Below, in pieces: positions 12,640-24,841 of a stretch of DNA of 64,000 nucleotides (its first letter is position 1; each line of letters begins with the position of its first letter). Source of the stretch: Octopus sinensis (taxonomy: Eukaryota); assembly GCF_006345805.1 (NCBI RefSeq), contig NC_043006.1:64356001-64420000 (forward strand), in the 5' to 3' direction. The notes beneath the pieces were generated by a model, which did no database searches, was not told the DNA's origin, and worked only from the letters and a program-made list of their open reading frames with translations. The position numbers and the translations under genes are program-made.

Positions 12640-13215
12640 TATGATGCTCTTCCATCTCTCTGGTAGACTTTCAAGGCCCCTCTTCCAAAATTCACCTGTC
12701 CATGATGAAAAATACTATTCCAGTACTGTTTTGATCTCTTGTACTGAATTTATACTTTTTCCATCCAAATGATTTTGAAGTCTACAGAATAAATGATAAT
12801 GGAATGAGGCAATGTCCGGTGAATATGGTGGGTGGGGCATCATTTCCCATTCAGATTGCTCCAGCCTTTGGAATGTCCTCCTCGCTATGTAGCCTAGCAT
12901 TATCCTGATGGAAGAACAGCTTTCATCTTGAAACCAAAGATGGTTGTTTTACTTGTAGTGCTGACTTAAGCCGCTGAAGCTGCTCTCTGTAGATCTCCTT
13001 TGTTACTGTTTGGTTTGGGTTTAAAAGTTAAAAATGAACTAAACCTTTTGTATCCCACCAAACAAATAACAACACTTTACATGGGTGAAGACCTTCTTTA
13101 GCCTGGGAAGCTAGTGTTTCTCCTTTCCGTACCTGCTGTCTTCAGTACTTGACATTTTTATAGAGAACCCATTTCTCATCACTATTTGATCCAAAGAAGG
13201 TTCATTTGTGGGACA
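12640..13215 (-). mobile_element. mariner (DD34D-type) transposase remnant
   Basis: DEKWVLYKNVK and EWEMMPHPPYSPDIASFHYHLFCRLQNHLDG; stops and frameshifts. Confidence 0.85.
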
Positions 13216-13240
13216 TGACAGCAAAGAAGAGCACACAATA

Positions 13241-13501
13241 GAGTTGTAATTCATTTCCAGTTTATCTATCTCTTTATCATCTACTAAAATCTGAGACTAG
13301 GCAGTTACTTCTATCTCATTGACTCATTCTAAAGTTCTGTTTCTTTTCTTTTGATGGGAAAGGGATACTTATAATAATATTTATGACCAATAGCTAGCTG
13401 CCAACTCACTCTTGTTCTTTATTCTAAATATACACTGTCTTCTAGTCTCAGATTTTAGTAGATGATAAAGAGATAAATAAATTGGGAATGAATTACAACC
13501 C
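13241..13501. mobile_element. MITE with ~60-bp terminal inverted repeats and TA flanks (Tc1/mariner-type)
   Basis: 13241-13300 and 13442-13501 are inverted copies (about 4 mismatches); TA at 13239-40 and 13502-03. Confidence 0.75.
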
Positions 13502-13664
13502 TATGACCCCACTATGCTCCATGCTATTCAAAGAAATTTTTCTTAGCCACTTTTGCTACAATAGTGACAACATGAATTTCTTGCATCTTCTTACTCTGTT
13601 AAAATATTTAAGAAAAGTTATATTAATGTGTCCTGCCTGTTGAAATCCCATATAAATATTTTTT

Positions 13665-13752
13665 GTGCAGCTGAAGATAGCACTGCGTTTAAATTAATGT
13701 ACTAATTGCATTGTTCAATTAAATGAAGCTGCTTGAAACAGTCGTACTGCAT
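13665..13752 (+). ncRNA. Type I hammerhead ribozyme in a decayed Penelope-like repeat
   Basis: GUGCAG-CUGAAGA-uAGCA(~47 nt AU-rich)UGCUu-GAAAC-AGUC-GUA-CUGCAU: 6-bp stem I, intact core, GUA triplet; U-U mismatch at 10.1/11.1. Confidence 0.6.
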
Positions 13753-13919
13753 CACTAATTGATATTTTGTTGCTTATTTTGATTTTATTCACCTTACTTC
13801 AAGCTGTGCGGATAATACCAGACTGACTTGGTGCTTCAGCTTAAGTACCTAATTCAACTGAATCTTAATTATTTCTTATGGGGCTTTTAGTTCACAGGTG
13901 ACCTAAACAACTAGGTACA

Positions 13920-14172
13920 CTGGGTAAGTGCTGTAACAGATCACCAGGGCTCCAAGGTTATAGCCAAGACGGGAGTTATGGAACCATTGTAGATTTCCGA
14001 TATAGCGGATATATAGGGCTCCAAGGTTATAGCTGAGACAGGAGTTATAGAACCATTGTAGATTTCCAATATAGCGGATATATAGGGCTCCAAGGTTATA
14101 GCTGAGACAGGGGTTATAGAACCATGGGTAAGTGCTGTAATGGATTACCAGGGCTCCAAGGTTATAGCTGGG
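13920..14172 (+). repeat. Modular minisatellite (~69-bp period)
   Basis: agggctccaaggttatagc occurs four times (~13947, 14016, 14085, 14150), with two alternative spacers. Confidence 0.8.
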
Positions 14173-14196
14173 ACATATCTATATATATATATATAC

Positions 14197-14350
14197 TCTG
14201 TTGTGTCAGGGGTGAGTCATTCTCTTTTAGTGCCTTATAATTTAACACACTCACTGGTAAAATTTCCACTTCTTTTTTTTTTTTACTTACCAGTGAGTGT
14301 GTTAAATTATAAGGCACTAAAAGACAATGACTCTCCCCAGACACAACAGA
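14197..14350. repeat. 64-bp inverted repeat with a 26-nt loop
   Basis: 14197-14260 pairs with 14287-14350; three mismatches. Confidence 0.9.
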
Positions 14351-14454
14351 ATATGCTTCAACAATGCACAAACTCACATGAAGAATCTTGCAAACCAAAT
14401 CCAAAAACGAAATATATATATATGGAAAGCACACGTTAAACAATGATGATGATG

Positions 14455-14497
<43 letters not shown>

Positions 14498-14773
14498 TTA
14501 ATAAGGGTGAGAGAATTAGATACTAATTTAATAGTATATTTATTCAACACCAAGTGCCTAGTGCTACGAGAACCTGGATTATTATAATATTTTATAACAT
14601 ATTATAATATTTTTAAAAAAATAAATATAAGAGAGTGGTCACTATATTGCTCACTATAGCACCAGTTAATCCAAAAGGTTTCAACCACGAAAATACATGT
14701 TTCCCATGAAACCAGTACGAATGTTAGCTCACACGGACAGGGCAAGTAAAAAATAACAAAAATACAGATTATT

Positions 14774-14850
14774 TTGGGACAATTGTTTCGCTATTAATGA
14801 ATTAAATGTAATATTACTTACAAAAAATCCATTTGTAGCTCGTCAGCCAA
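14774..14850 (-). ncRNA. Type I hammerhead ribozyme (unit 1)
   Basis: Minus strand reads UUGG-CUGACGA-GCUA(~46 nt AU-rich loop)UAGC-GAAAC-AAUU-GUC-CCAA: full catalytic core, G10.1-C11.1 pair, palindromic stem III ACAAUUGU, GUC triplet, 4-bp stem I. Predicted cut between 14778 and 14777. Confidence 0.8.
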
Positions 14851-15306
14851 GACTATCTGGATGAATCCACTGAATCACACGCCAGATTTTACCATAACGA
14901 TAAATACGCGTGTGTTCAATTGATTACATCGGACGTTATAATTCAAATGCCCCAACCAACAGCGCGCCAAACTTTCACGGAGAACAAATACAGCATTTAG
15001 AAATAAATGCAGCATAATTATAATTAATTAATAAGGGTGAGAGAATTAGATACTAATTTAATAGTATATTTATTCAACACCAAGTGGCCTAGTGCTACGA
15101 GAAACCTGGATTATTATAATATTTTATAACATATTATAATATTTTTAAAAAAATAAATATAAGAGAGTGGTCACTATATTGCTCACTCTAGCACCAGTTA
15201 ATCCAAAAGGTTTCAACCACGAAAATACATGTTTCCCATGAAAGCCAGTACGAATGTTAGCTCACACGGACAGGGCAAGTAAAAAATAACAAAAATACAG
15301 ATTATT

Positions 15307-15384
15307 TTGGGACAATTGTTTCGCTATTAATGAATTAAATGTAATATTACTTACAAAAAAATCCATTTGTAGCTCGTCAGCCAA
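15307..15384 (-). ncRNA. Type I hammerhead ribozyme (unit 2)
   Basis: Same motif as unit 1 (forward ttgg gac aatt gtttc gcta...tagc tcgtcag ccaa); predicted cut between 15311 and 15310. Confidence 0.8.
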
Positions 15385-16214
15385 GACTATCTGGATGAAA
15401 TCCACTGAATCACACGCCAGATTTTACCATAACGATAAATACGCGTGTGGTTCAATTGATTACATCGGACGTTATAATTCAAATGCCCCAACCAACAGCG
15501 CGCCAAACTTTCACGGAGAACAAATACAGCATTTAGAAATAAATGCAGCATAATTATAATTAATTAATAAGGGTGAGAGAATTAGATACTAATTTAATAG
15601 TATATTTATTCAACACCAAGTGGCCTAGTGCTACGAGAAACCTGGATTATTATAATATTTTATAACATATTATAATATTTTTAAAAAAATAAATATAAGA
15701 GAGTGGTCACTATATTGCTCACTCTAGCACCAGTTAATCCAAAAGGTTTCAACCACGAAAATACATGTTTATATATATATATGAGAGAGAGAGAGAGATA
15801 TGGTTTTGGGTTGAATCCTAGTATATAAAGCTTTGTGCAATTGTCTTCTGTTAAAGCCTTAGACCGACTAAAGCACTGTGAGTGGATTTGGCAGCCAGAA
15901 ACTGAAAAGAAACCCATTGTGTATATATGTATACATGTGTGTGTGTGTGCATCTGTGTCTCTTTGTCTTGACTTTGCACGATTGTTGTAAATGAATGTCA
16001 TTCATAGCAAATGCTCAGTGAAAACATGCTTAGCCATGAAGATATGCTACCTTACTTGGAAACAATTGAGGGTTGGTGACGTGAAAGGCATCTGGTTATA
16101 AAAAATCTGTCTCAATAAATTCCATCCAACCTATGCAAGTTTGTAAAAAAGGACATTAGTCGTATGATGATATATAAAAGATTAGGGGATTTTCTACAGT
16201 TGGTTGTGCAGGTC

Positions 16215-16750
16215 TTGATTGTTGAAGACCGAGACCTCTGGAGATATGCTGTGACTGCGAAGACCTGGCAAATAAAGTGAGTTCACTGCTGTACCTACAC
16301 CTGTGTTGCATAACCTGCCCCAGCCCACTCAAAAGTACCTTGGATCTTAGGGCAACATGCTGTGGTTGAGGAGACCTATTGAATCAAGTACATCAAAATC
16401 AAATGGAAATTGTTGTTGTGATCCCTGTGCCGGTGGCACGTAAAAGGCATCCATCCGAGTGTGGCCGATGCTAGCACCACCTTGACTGACTTCTGTGCTG
16501 GTGGCACGTAAAAAAAGCACCAACTGATTATGGTAGTTGCCAGCCTCCTCTAGCCCCTGTGCCAGTGGCACGTAAAAAGCACCCACTACACTCTTGTAGT
16601 GGTTAGCAATAGGAAGGACATCCAGCTGTAGAAACACTGCCAGATCAGACTGGACCCTGGTGCAACATCCTGGTTTCCCAGACCCCAGTCAAACTGTCCA
16701 ACCCATGCCAGCATGGAAAACAGACATTAAATGATGATGATGATGATGAT
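16215..16750 (+). mobile_element. RTE-clade LINE 3' end (5'-truncated) with (GAT)n tail
   Basis: C-terminal EDRDLWRYAV motif, then a 3' region ending ccatgccagcatggaaaacagacattaaa(tga)n; related tails at ~18380-18710, 34300-34720, 35800-36015, 36370-36530, 37970-38225 and 51500-51660. Confidence 0.65.
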
Positions 16751-17546
16751 TCTTTACCATCCACAGCCTTGTGTGTGTGTGTGGTGTGTGTGTGTGTGTG
16801 TGTGTACAGAAGCATAAGCACCAAAAGCACGTGCAAACTAGATTCTGTCAAATGCCTAAATGGCTCTCCAGTAATAGTTGGTAGCTTCTAATACCCAAGA
16901 GATGGAGACTCAGTTAGCAACAGAGGTGGGTGTACTGAAGGCAAACTAGCCTATTTAAGAACAGGTTGGAATAGTTTTGGTGTGTTGAGTAAAGGGGAGT
17001 AGACTAGATGATGCTGGAATGTAACACAGTGTTGTAATGATAATGTGCATGTATGTATGTATACGTTTGTGTGAATGTATGTGTACATATATATGTGTGT
17101 GTGTAGCAAGGTATAAATACATATATACCTCTCATGTTCGTGCCTTCAGGTTTTCACTTTGTACAAGCCAGCTCAATTTGATTCGTTCTCAGTTGAAAGA
17201 TGCCTGTTGTTATTTCTTGTATTCGTAATTCTGTACCATGCTCTCCGTTTTTTTTTTTTTTTTATTACTGTACACATTTGCTAGTTTCTTACAAGGGGGC
17301 CTAATGCTCTTAGCTTAGACTTTCTTTGGGGCAACCAGATCGAACCATTTCAAGTGTAACTGTCGGAAATGGTCGCGACTTTTGGGACTTGACTGAAGAA
17401 AGAAAGCCACGAACGACCTGTCTTTTTTGCCTGTCCTTCTAATTGTTGTTTCTCTTGTCCGCCTTTGTATCATCTATCTGTCCAAATGTTTTAATGTCTT
17501 CTATTGCATTTTTGTTCCATTCACACACACAAACACCCCCCCCCCC

Positions 17547-17600
<54 letters not shown>

Positions 17601-17756
17601 ATACTTTTACGTGTGACCAGTACTGTCCATGACTACAATTCAAATTGGTCGGACGAGTCCTCTCAAGCAATTTCACTTGGCCTGACATGTTTTACACTGT
17701 TGTTCATATATGTTTGGCTTTTGGTTAATTATGCTCTTTTACTTGTTTCAACCATT

Positions 17757-17933
17757 TGACTGTGGCCATGCTGGAGCACTGCCTTTAGTCAAACAAATTG
17801 ACCCCCAGGACTTATTCTTTGTAAGCCTAGTACTTATTCTATAGGTCTCTTTTGCTGAACTGCTAAATTACGGGGATGTAAACACACCACCATCGGTTGT
17901 CAAGCGATGTTAGGGCGACAAACATATACACAT

Positions 17934-17964
<31 letters not shown>

Positions 17965-18115
17965 CACACACATATATATGACAGGCTTCTTTCAGTTTTC
18001 ATCTACCAAATCTTTGGTCAGCTTGAGGCTATAGTGAAAGACACTTGCCCAAGATGCCATGCAGTGGGACTGAACCCGGAACCATGTGATTGGTAAGCAA
18101 GCTATTTACCACACA
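17757..18115 (-). mobile_element. SINE family A copy
   Basis: Reverse complement of the 4701-5100 type. Confidence 0.75.
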
Positions 18116-20082
18116 CGCAATTTTTTTATTATATTAGTAGGAAATTAAGGTAATGAGCTGCTAGACTTGTTAGTTTATTGGCCAAAATGCGAAGCTGCAT
18201 TTATTTCAGCTCTTTACATTCTGAGTTCAAATCTACCCAAAATAGACTTTGCCTTTTCAGGGATGATAGAATAAAATACTGGTCAAGCCCTTGAATGATG
18301 TCATCATTTGTCCCTCTCCCTTTGAGATTGCTGGCATTGGGCCAAACTTTGAAAGAATTCTTTAGTAGGAAATTGTTTGTTACTAATGCCCGTGGCACGT
18401 GAAAATACATTCAAACGAGGTTGTTGCCAGTGCTGCTGGACTGGCTTCTGTGCAGGTGGCACATAAAAAACACCATTTGAGCGTGGCCATTGCCAGTATC
18501 GCCTGACTGGCTCTCATACCAGTGGCATGTAAAAGGACCCACTACACTCTCAGAGTGGTTGGTGTTAGGAAGGGCATCCAGCTGTGGAAACTCTGCCAGA
18601 TCAGATTGGAGCCTGGTGCAGCCATCTGGTTCGCCAGTCCTCAGTCAAATCGTCCAATCCATGCCAGCATGGAAAGCGGACATCAAACAATGATGATGAT
18701 GATGATGATGTTACCTAGTGGCGGTCAACCTTTTTTTTTTATCACTCTCCATCCATGTTTGAAACCAGTTCATTCAAACCTGTCGTGCCTCATCAGAAAC
18801 TTGTCTCTAATTCTATAATATTGTCCACTGTCACAAGATACAATTATTGTTTACTGGAACGGTGGACTTTGATGCAAATAAAGTTATAAATAACTTGTCA
18901 GTGACATCCTTCGCTTTTTTCTGTCCAAAGGATTTTTTCTTTTAACCGATTATTTACATGCTATTAATTTTAGCTTTATTTGCTTCAAGATCCATTTCAC
19001 AAACAAATTGTTTCATGTTTTCTAAGTTTATAACAATTCTTAGGCATTGTTGCATGGTAAGAAGTTTGCTTCTCAACCACATAGTTCCAAGTTCAGTCCT
19101 ACCTCATGGAACTAAGTCAAAACTCACAGTCTCTAAAGCAGACATAGGCAACCCTTTATGAGAAGTGGGCCACATGAGACATGGCTCACTAACAGGTGGG
19201 CCACACTGTTAAAAAAAAATCAACTAAATTTTAACAAACATTATTTTCCTTGTGAAATTAGGCATGCTGTTCAGAGAGTACCACAGGCCACAGTTTGCTC
19301 ATGCTTGCTCAAAAAGGCAACCAGCTCTAAATATTGCTTTAAAATATTGCTTCCCAGCCTTATCTATGTCGAGGACCCTAAGGAAATATTTGATTTATTT
19401 TTTACAAAAGTAATAGAACAGTCAAAGAAGCAAGAATCAATTTTCTCAACATTTTATTAAAATTAAACAACAATAGTTCTGAGGATTAATCAGATTCTTG
19501 GAGTAGTTAATGGAGAAATTTTTTTCTTTTTTCTTTTTCAAAGTTAATAATTTTATTCTGAAGAGTGGTTTTAATAAAGTTTATACTATTTCCCTTTGTT
19601 ACATCCTTTGAAATGCAATCTTGCATTCCCAGAGAGAGCAGGCAACTCGGATTGGGGACCTCTGCTCAAAAGATATGAAAGTATAAAGCGAAATGGGGAA
19701 GATAGGGAAAAAGAGAAATGTTCATTGATAATTTTTAAAAGAGAGCTGACATATGGTCGCTCAATCTGCGAAAAACAGCAGCTGAACTTCTCACAAATCA
19801 CAGTCTGCAGTATTTAATAAAAGTTACACTGAATGACATCGTCTCTTATATAACAAACCACGAGATCATGCAAGTAATACCAGTATTAATGCTTCTTGCA
19901 TAGAACGACCAGAAGAGTTGTGGCTTCCGTTAACAATAGTTGTGGTACCATATTACATATACTTACAGTCAGATACCACCCATACACACGCTCGCGCTCA
20001 CATACACGATACCAACACTGTACTGTACGCACACATTCAGATACATTCATACATGTATAAACTCATATTAGCATCCCTCTTG

Positions 20083-20398
20083 GGTACTACTTGAGAACAA
20101 GTGGTCCCGGTGCTCGCACTCGCGTAGTCGCGCATCTGCGCTAGCTAGTCGTGACTAGTCGATCCTATAACGACTCCTTATCAAAGTAAATAAAACACAA
20201 AATAAATAATTTTTTTACACAAGTAAATAATTTTTGTTAAACAAAGTAAATAAAACACAAAAGCACAAAGTAAATAATTTTTTAAACAAAGTAAATAACA
20301 CAAAAACATAGGGTAAGGATCGACTAGTCGTGACTAGCTAGCGCGGATGCGCAACTGCGCGAGTGCGCGCACCGGGAACACTATTCTCAAGTAGTACC
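20083..20398. mobile_element. Mutator-like MITE, ~84-bp GC-rich TIRs, 9-bp TSD
   Basis: TIRs 20083-20166 and 20316-20398 begin GGTACTACTTGAGAA; flanks tccctcttg / ttcctcttg (1 mismatch); internal aaagtaaataa repeats. Confidence 0.8.
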
Positions 20399-21224
20399 TT
20401 CCTCTTGTAACAAACATACACACGTATAATACACACACACATCTCCATCATGACGTTCAAGGACAGATACACACCATTACATAGACTCGCACATGACATA
20501 CTCACAGACACTCATACATGACGAAAGTGTGTATATATATAGAGAGAGAGAGACACACACACACACACAGTCATACACTCAATAATTCAAATATATAAAC
20601 ACAGATACACATTCATAAACGCACAACACAGGCTATATATATATTCACTCCTACATAGACAACCGCTAATGTAACATATGGTAGAGAAGTCACCATTACA
20701 ACCGACGCCTCTGTCTCTCTCCTTCTTTCTCCTCTTTCTCCTCCTCCTCTTGCTGCTGTTTACATTAAAAAAGACCATATGCTCCGTTTATTAAAGTTCG
20801 ACTATTGTCTTCCTCGCTTCCATTCAACCGGCTGTCGTTTACGGCGTCATTATATTTATATTATATAAATCCGCCTGTTTAATTCCTCTGTTTTCTTCGT
20901 TATTTTGTTCCTTGGAGAGCCTGCGGAAGTCACAATCACAACCCTTTCCAGAGACCATGGACATGATAGTAATACATTTATTCCTGATACATTGGTGGTT
21001 GTGATTGGGAAGAGACCGCAAGTGGAACCAAGCGAAGATTAGTTCAGTCCTTGCTGCCCCACTCAGACCCTGTGATTATGTTGATCACACGGAAATGTTT
21101 CCAACAATGCAATGGATTTAGTAGAGTTTACAACATCTCCCAGTAGCCCCTTGTTTTTGCATGAGGCAAAGCATCTCTGATCTTTATTTCACTCAAAACA
21201 TGAATATATATATATATATATATA

Positions 21225-21464
21225 TAAGTAATACTAAGCAATAAAGGGTTTAGCAACGAATTGCCTTACCACATACCGAATTTAGAAATAGCAGTCAAAG
21301 AGTTATAGCTATTTCTTCTACTAGTATGTGGTAAGGCAATTCGTTGCTAAACCCTTTATTGCTTAGTATTACTTAATTTTCCTCGAATGAGGCTTTTACA
21401 TGCCGAAGACTACTTGGTGTAATTGATAATTATTCCAAATTAATTAATTTCACCCTTCATTATT

Positions 21465-21470
<6 letters not shown>
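21225..21470 (+). mobile_element. Penelope-like terminal fragment with a perfect 52-bp inverted repeat
   Basis: 21225-21276 is the exact reverse complement of 21324-21375. The 3' end acttggtg...aattaatttcacccttcattatt(TA)n resembles the terminus of the 533-bp HHR repeat. Confidence 0.55.
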
Positions 21471-21526
<56 letters not shown>

Positions 21527-23290
21527 TCTTTTACTCTTTTACTTGTTTCAGTCATTTGACCGCGGGCATGCTGGAGCACCGCCTTTAGTCGAGCAACTCG
21601 ACCCCGGGACTTATTCTTTTGTAAACCCAGTACTTATTCTATCGGTCTCTTTTATTTAACAGAAGCAGCAAAGTGACTCAAGAGCCGAAAGTTTCGTGCA
21701 TGGCACTTATCAAACCAATTTGATGAAACTTTCGCCCTTCTGTTGCTTCTGCTAAATATTAATATATATCCAGAGAGAGATTGGTATTGACAAATGTAAT
21801 GCTTATGTTAATTTTTTTTTAAAATATCTGGCACAATATGGGTAATTGTAGGGGCATTATTAGGGCTGTGGTTTCCGCACTTCGCGTGGACGTGGTGAGT
21901 CTTTCACAATTACATTATCGTAATTGTGGGACCAATTTAAAAAAATACGCATTATATATTTTGTGATAAATATTAATTTATTGTATTAGGAAAGCTCTTC
22001 GATGTAAATGTATATTATAAATATTATACCTTGTGAAAATAACATGTATGTTTTAATAGTTAGAAAGATTTCTACGTCATTGCTTTGTACCTCATCCCCT
22101 TCTTTGATACGCGAGCTCAGATTAAAGTCTACTGCCGGACAAGTACAATTCTATACCTCCATTCACATTGAAGATGTACTATAGGAATATAACTCGGCTA
22201 AGATACACCCAGAAGGACGAAAGATAAAGAAGTGTAACCCCCGTCTTTTGCAGTAGGCTGCAGTGTTTCTGATTCACATAAAAAAGCCAACCCCTTCTAT
22301 CTATAGTCTCCGTACACTTGCAGCAAGATGATTAAAACCTTATCAAAAGCGGTGAATCTCTCTCCTCGCCTTAACGACAACTTGTATGATTTTCGTAAAG
22401 CTAGAACTACTGGGTACCTACTATTCTATATCACTCACCAGAGGATCACTCGCTTACGAAAATTTTCATGAAAATAGTGTAGTTACTGCTCTTTATGTCA
22501 ACCAGACATTCGGCCATGTTTGACGCGTGAATATGTCCGCCTGTGTGAGCTCCATATGTCTCTTGTAACTTAGATTAACGGCTTCTGTTAGATTACACCA
22601 TCGCGTCATGAGTTGACAGAGTTCGTTTTTTTTTCTCTCTCTCTCATTTTTCCTCTCTCTCACACACACACACAGCCTCTCTTGCTCTCTCAGCAACTCT
22701 ACCAACTCTTGCGTACCTCAGAGCTCGGTTTTCCCTTCAACGGCGATTTGCCATCACCTCCAACTACGCCAACTTCTACTTCCCTATATAGTTAATACCA
22801 CTCTTTACTCCTCCATGACTTTCAACGCCCATGTATCATCCACATACAACCTAGATACATCATGTCTAGCCTGTTATGACAGCAGGAAGAGAAACTTTAT
22901 ACACCTGCTCCAATATGGTCATGACAATCTTGTCTCTTTCAACAGCAAAAAGACGCAAATATAGCACACCACCTACCACCGTCTCCAAATATAGACAATT
23001 GGGAGCTAAAACCAGAAGCGTAGCTGGGTGGGGACGATAGCGATACTTTTGGGCCTGTTGTTTAAGTCTGTATTAGGGAGTGGAGGAGCAGGAGTGGCGG
23101 CACTCACACACCTTAGCTACGCCGCTAAACAGAAGCTCCCAATGTCATCACAAATGTAAGGTCTCGCTATGAACGAGGATCTGACTGCTTCCTCTTCAGA
23201 GCCAGAAAAGACTTCACTCTTCAATGGTCAGTCCTCTCTGGCGAAACCCACGATGTTTTATCGCTTACATGTTTGGAGGTGCATCTAAAG

Positions 23291-23529
23291 CAGCAGTTCT
23301 CAACCGGGGGCCACATGACCTTTGTAGGTCCATATAAGATCTTGTTAAAGTTTATATGCAATAAATTGGTTATGCTTCTATAACACACAAAATATTTTAA
23401 TACAATTCTTAATATTATATAAATACAATGTGATTTTTTTAAAAACATCGAATGGCTAAGAGGGTCCACCTGAATAAAATAAGAAACAAAGAGGTCCACA
23501 GGTATAAAAATAATGCTTGAGAAACACAG
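23291..23529. mobile_element. hAT (Charlie-type) MITE
   Basis: Perfect 8-bp TSD ATCTAAAG (23283-90 and 23530-37); TIRs CAGCAGTTCTCAAC / CTTGAGAAACACAG. Confidence 0.85.
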
Positions 23530-24559
23530 ATCTAAAGGAAGACCACAAGGCTGATTGGCTTGAATTCCCTCACCAATTGCTTTGACTTCTGGCACACAAA
23601 CATGCTTTCTCCTCTTTTTTTTTTTTTTGCTTTTCTACTTTTCTACTGTCACTACGTGACCTCTGCTTCTCGTAGCTGACTTGTCTGTCGTCGTTCATAT
23701 CGTGTTCACCATTTTGCGAAAGCTCATCGTGTAATGGCGAAGGATGTACATAGCGACGAGAAATTGCCAATAAATGGGTATGTCGAACAAAAAATATATC
23801 TTGTGATATCCCACACGAATTGCACAGGTTTCTGTTTTCTTATCCATCTCGCCATTGTAAATACAGTGAGCCAATAGTTGGTCCACTGGAAACATGACCA
23901 ACGACGTTATTGTGAGCAGAATAGCCTAGACCTACAACCAACGCTATTGTTCATAAAATGGCTTAAAAAATAAATTCCCATTGAATTTATTAATATTACA
24001 CGAACTTAATTGATTCCGTTGACTTCTATCGCTTTCATCTTTTATGTTTGATTGTGTGTGAGTGTTTGTGTCCGTGCTTTTGTATATGTATCAATATTTC
24101 CATGTATGTGTATGCTTCCGTGTCCCTGTACATTTGTGTATGTATCTGTGTGTATCTATGTGCGTGTGTGTGTGCCGGCGCTCGCGTCTATCATTGTCCT
24201 TCTGATCTCAAATTGAATATTTATATAAATATTAATATTTAATATAGATACACATACTTCACACACACACATTCATTTATGTATGCATAGCTATGAAGGT
24301 ATCTGCATGTAATTTCCTCATCTTTGCCGAGGACTTATTATTATTCCATATAGAATTATGACTCATATAGTATATTCCCGGTATATATATATATATGTAT
24401 AAAAATTATATATAAAGAAACAAGAACGTGAAATACACAAAGGGACGAACACAGAAAACAGACGGGTCATTCGAAGCCTTTAATCTTCAGTCAGAAACCG
24501 GATCATATATATATATATATACGGGGAGTCAAATGACTGAAACAAGATATATATATATA

Positions 24560-24780
24560 TATCTTGTTTCAGTCATTAGACTGTGGCCATGCTGGGGCAC
24601 TGCCTTGAAAAACTTTTAGTTGAATGAATCGACCCCAGTACTTTTTTTTTTGCATAGCCTGGTACTTATTTTATCGATCCGTTTTGCTGAACTGCTAAGT
24701 TATAGAGACATAAACACACCAACACCGGTTGTCAAGCAGTACTAGGGGACAAACACTAACACACACACACACACACACAC

Positions 24781-24841
<61 letters not shown>

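Larger units (their letters stand above)
14491..15768 (-). mobile_element. ~533-bp tandem repeat (about 2.4 units) with a hammerhead ribozyme in each complete unit; retrozyme/Penelope-like non-autonomous retroelement
   Basis: Unit start taattaattaataagggtgag recurs at 14491, 15021 and 15557; near-identical copies; flanked by (TA)n; no ORF >=60 aa; HHRs at 14774-14850 and 15307-15384. Confidence 0.8.

Noticed and set aside
14491-15768. CRISPR-like or repeat-spacer array
   Set aside because: Units are contiguous and near-identical, with no unique spacers and no cas genes; eukaryotic context.
17390-17425. GACTGAAGA...GAA(C/T)GACC.GTC motif, also at ~24460-24495 (minus)
   Set aside because: Both copies lack A15.1 and have no credible stem I or II; a shared repeat but not a supportable ribozyme.
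20780-21180. Unique segment considered as ncRNA (RNase P/snoRNA-like) or exon
   Set aside because: No complete conserved motif set, splice pair or recognisable protein similarity.
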